Origin: Octopus bimaculoides
Lineage: Eukaryota
DNA: 35,926 nt
Direction of reading: 5' to 3'
Assembly: GCF_001194135.2 (NCBI RefSeq)
Contig: NC_068987.1
Span: forward strand, 25,768,222-25,804,147
Shown here piece after piece: positions 32,371 to 35,926 of this stretch. Position 1 is the first letter of the stretch. Every line of letters begins with the position of its first letter. Position numbers and translations under genes: made by a program. The notes beneath the pieces were generated by a model. That model was not told the origin of the DNA. It saw nothing but the letters and a program-made list of their open reading frames with translations, and searched no databases.

Positions 32371-33238
32371 CTTATACACCTATGTGATCGGCTGCTCTGC
32401 CTGACATGCTTATAAAGACCCCATTTTTACTTTCGTTTAAAAGATATTTGGGAATATTGCTTTTCAAGCCGGCTTTTTTCTTGAAAGTGCTAACGTGGAT
32501 GTTATTTTAAAGATAGCCATATAATCGTGCTATCTTAAGAGATAACGTCCCTGTAACATTTCCTCTTAAACCGGACTAAATAAAATAAAATTAAAAAAAC
32601 TGTTAATAAAGAGAAAAAAAATGCCTTTCATTGCCAACTTCCATCAAGCAGTTTCCTATGAATGCTATGCACAAACATATATATACATACATACATGTGT
32701 GTGTGTGTGTGTGTGTGTGTACACAAATAAGTATGTACATACATTATAAGAGGTTGAAGTTTCGCCAAAGAAGCTTATCAAACAATTTGTTTGATAAGCT
32801 TCTTCGAAGTCACAGTCAAGTTGCCTTTATAGAATAAATAAATATTGTATTCTGCATCGTGTGTTCAGTCCTTTCTTTAATTAATGTCTGTTGTTTTTAG
32901 ATATTTAGAGCACATCATTATTATTATAATACATATGTAAATATTATACATACACAAGAACGAATGCGTACGCGCATGTTACACATACACTCGTGTGCGT
33001 ATGTAACATTTGGGTGCTCAGGCACACGCACATATGTGTGTGTATATATGCGAAACGATAACGTACCGACTGTACTTGTCATATCTCGTGGCATATTCTT
33101 TTTCTCAACCAGTAATCATATATGATTGCCCGTTCCACTTTAAAGAAACACAAATACTTTACACAGATGCACGTATCTTATCTCCAAATGAAGTCGGAGA
33201 TTTATATATTTTCTAAGCTTTTTTTACAGGCGTCCAAA

Positions 33239-33248
33239 NNNNNNNNNN
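33239..33248. other. 10-N assembly gap
   Basis: 10 N followed by (TG)n(TA)n. Confidence 0.99.
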
Positions 33249-33268
33249 TGTGTGTGTGTGTGTGTGTG

Positions 33269-33312
<44 letters not shown>
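33249..33312. repeat. (TG)n(TA)n microsatellite
   Basis: Direct reading. Confidence 0.95.
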
Positions 33313-33315
<3 letters not shown>

Positions 33316-34031
33316 GGGTTATCAACCCGGGCAAAATACTTTATAAGCTCTCTGTTAGTCAAATTTACTACAGTAAAGAAAATATGTAATGACCATTATT
33401 TATGCCTTGTATTTTCGTGACTAGGAGTGAGTAACATGTATCCTTTGAGGCCCTTTAGTGCATTAAAAAAACGTACATTTTGTATTGGTTACATGGCTAA
33501 TATATTTATATATTCATTGTAATGTTCTTACATCCTTTAAAAAAGTCATTAAAAGGTCAGTTTGTATTTTAATCTCTTACTTTAATATTCATAATTACAT
33601 TTTCGTATGAGATGTAATTGTATTTTTCCGATTATTTGATATTTTTTTAATGCGGTCTTATTAGATTACATGTAATTCAACGCAGCTTTCAAATATAAAA
33701 TAGGTACTTGGCCTTTTGAAAAAAATCTTTAAACTAGTGCAAAGATATATAAGAAATTCATAATTCTTTCTGGTTTCTTGCCCAGTTGTACGCCATATGC
33801 TAAGGGGGAGGAAAAGGTACTCAGCAAACCTGATTTATCTCAATCTTTTCAACTACTGAGATCAATCGTTTTGATTCGCTCCAAAACGCGTGTGCTTATA
33901 CCCACTACTTTGTCAATAATAACGTCATAAGGTCTCGCTTTTTTCTTTTGAGATCAATTTCTTTCACTTTTCCCTTCTTTCCACACCCATTCTTTGTCAG
34001 CATTTTCGTTCTCTCTCTCCCTCTCCGCATG

Positions 34032-34032
<1 letters not shown>

Positions 34033-34073
<41 letters not shown>
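34033..34073. repeat. (TA)n microsatellite
   Basis: Direct reading. Confidence 0.97.
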
Positions 34074-34074
<1 letters not shown>

Positions 34075-34078
<4 letters not shown>

Positions 34079-34600
34079 CAAAATGGGACAAGAACGCAAA
34101 ACATCCAGACAGTTAGGTGATACAAAAAAGGGACAACAAAATATCCAGACAGACGATACAAAGAAAACAAGGACGGGTCATTCGGAGTTTTCTTTCCTCA
34201 GTCGAGTTCCAGATTCTTTGCAATTTCGGCTGGTTATACTCGAGATTGCTCCAATCGGGCTAGCCCAAGGAAAAACTGAGCTAAGAGCATTAGCTTCCTT
34301 GGAACAAAGCAGTGAATGTATACGAAAACAAGGATGGAAAAAAAAACCGAGAATGTTACACAAATACAAATAATAGGACATAACAACAAGTGTTTTTCGA
34401 CTAAGTACGAATTAAATTAAGCTGGCGTGTGGAAATAAAGCCTTACAGCAGGGATACAAGATTTCGCAGACACAGAGAGGAATATAGATGTTGTACGGAC
34501 GACGGCCGAACCAAGAAAGAAAGATCAGGCTTGACCGAACGCTGGTCACGTGGGGAGAGAAGAGAGAGAGGTAGAGGCAGAGAAAAAATGACATATATAA
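34075..34600 (-). mobile_element. Probable interspersed repeat, Penelope pseudo-LTR candidate
   Basis: Abuts (TA)n; two imperfect ~40-bp internal repeats with ATCCAGACAG; CTGAGGA..CCGAA core-like motif on the minus strand; single copy here, family status from recollection only. Confidence 0.35.
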
Positions 34601-35485
34601 TCAACAGATTATACTGATATCAGATTATACTCGCTTTTAATCGATTGTAGTCTTGTCCACGACATATTCCTCGAAGTTGCCCGTAAACAGTGCGACTCGC
34701 TCACTTCTTACAATTCCATTGATAAACTTCGATTTCTTAACGTTTAGATGATAACCATACGCACGCCCGTACATTTAGGGCAAACACTTCTGTACTGAGG
34801 ATGTTGCCGTACTCTGTCTCCGAATGCAGGAGTCGATGACTCATCAGCTCAGTAAGTGTTTCTGGCCCCATCCACGACGCCGGGGACCATTCATTGATGT
34901 ATGTTATAAAACTGCCACGCACGAGTTTTGATGAATCAGATGTTGCGACTCTAGGCCAGATGTTTCTGCCATCTTCGATGCTCATTTTTGCTGCAATGTA
35001 TATCCAACGTATTATTTCTTATAGTACAGATATTACAGCGTGTGCAATTTATATTAGCAGTACGAAATATTTCTCGTTTTAGAATGTTTTTAAACACCCA
35101 CGAGACCTTTTTTCTTTTAAATAAACAGGCTCTTTGATTTATATTTTGAACATCATAAATTCTTTAGCTGCAAAAAAATGCTTCGTTTTCATTATTTTTT
35201 GAAGTTTCATTTAATTTTAACAATTTCTTTTTAAGCAAGCTACTGATTACCATTAGCGGATTTGCAGCTGCTGTACCTTTTAATGTAAATACATTGTGTT
35301 TGCGTTGGAAGCATGTAAACATATTTTGTTTATATTTGAAATCATTTGTCGATGCACTTTCAATATATTAAGGACGAGAATGTAATTACCAAAGCAAACG
35401 ATATACACACACATGCGCGCATATTTGCATGTGTGTGTGTGGTGTTTTGCATTGAGGAATAACACTATTTCATTTATAATTAAGA

Positions 35486-35926
35486 CTAGCAGAAATACCC
35501 GGCTTTGCCCGGGTTAAAGAGAATAATGAAATCTAAAAACGCCGTCTAGACTACGCAACCCTCAACTGTTAGTAGCTACGATACCATATTTCTACATTAA
35601 TAACTCTCCAATCCATGCCAGCATGGAACATAGACATTAAGTGGAATGCCAGTCTCTCATCTAGGAGGGCCTTGAAATCAATGTTACCAACTGAGGACTG
35701 TGTGTGTCGCAGTGATAATAAAAAGACCCAAAGTAGGTCTGCAACGAAATAATTTTACTTAACACTTTGCAAGTGAATCAGTAGAGGCAAAGATGCGTCT
35801 CATTTACTTGACAATTTATGCACCACATTGCAGAAATCACAATGTAAGTATATCTGAAAGGGTAGTCTTACACTGTTGTACCGTTGAATTACAAATAATG
35901 CTCATCTGTTATGTTCGGGTTAAAAT
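35486..35926 (-). mobile_element. Helitron 3' terminus; element continues beyond the window
   Basis: Minus strand: ACCCGG-GCAAAG-CCGGGT hairpin (35497-35514), 7-nt spacer, CTAG (35486-35489), then target T. Confidence 0.8.

Noticed and set aside
33309-33797. Weak inverted similarity (CAACCCGGGCAA versus CAACTGGGCAA) suggesting an old Tc1/mariner MITE
   Set aside because: Too many gaps and mismatches to support, and the left end is buried in (TA)n.

Overview
This is AT-rich eukaryotic intronic or intergenic DNA with four assembly gaps. The SINE repertoire looks like that of an octopod cephalopod (Octopus-like). That is my recognition, not a database result. No intact protein-coding gene, rRNA, true tRNA or CRISPR array is supported; the supplied ORFs come from N gaps, microsatellites or repeats. 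The window is a mosaic of about 30 SINE copies in four tRNA-headed families (my labels A, B, C, E), a fifth dispersed repeat (D), several MITEs with readable target-site duplications (TSDs), a mariner deletion derivative and a Helitron 3' end. Most notable: (1) a perfect 45-bp hairpin (22-bp arms, 1-nt loop) flanked by a perfect 8-bp TSD and sharing GGATCT...AGATCC termini with a 246-bp MITE, suggesting a Merlin-like GG-terminal family reduced to bare TIRs; (2) a decayed DIRS-like element (methyltransferase-like then tyrosine-recombinase motifs, colinear); (3) decayed hammerhead-ribozyme motifs of the Penelope type; (4) telomere-like tracts enclosed by short inverted repeats; (5) one SINE head and body joined to two different tails; (6) an E2F/CHR/YY1 motif cluster near 32.3 kb that could be a minus-strand promoter. 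Boundaries of degenerate elements are approximate (about 10-20 bp). All protein similarities are by-eye alignments.
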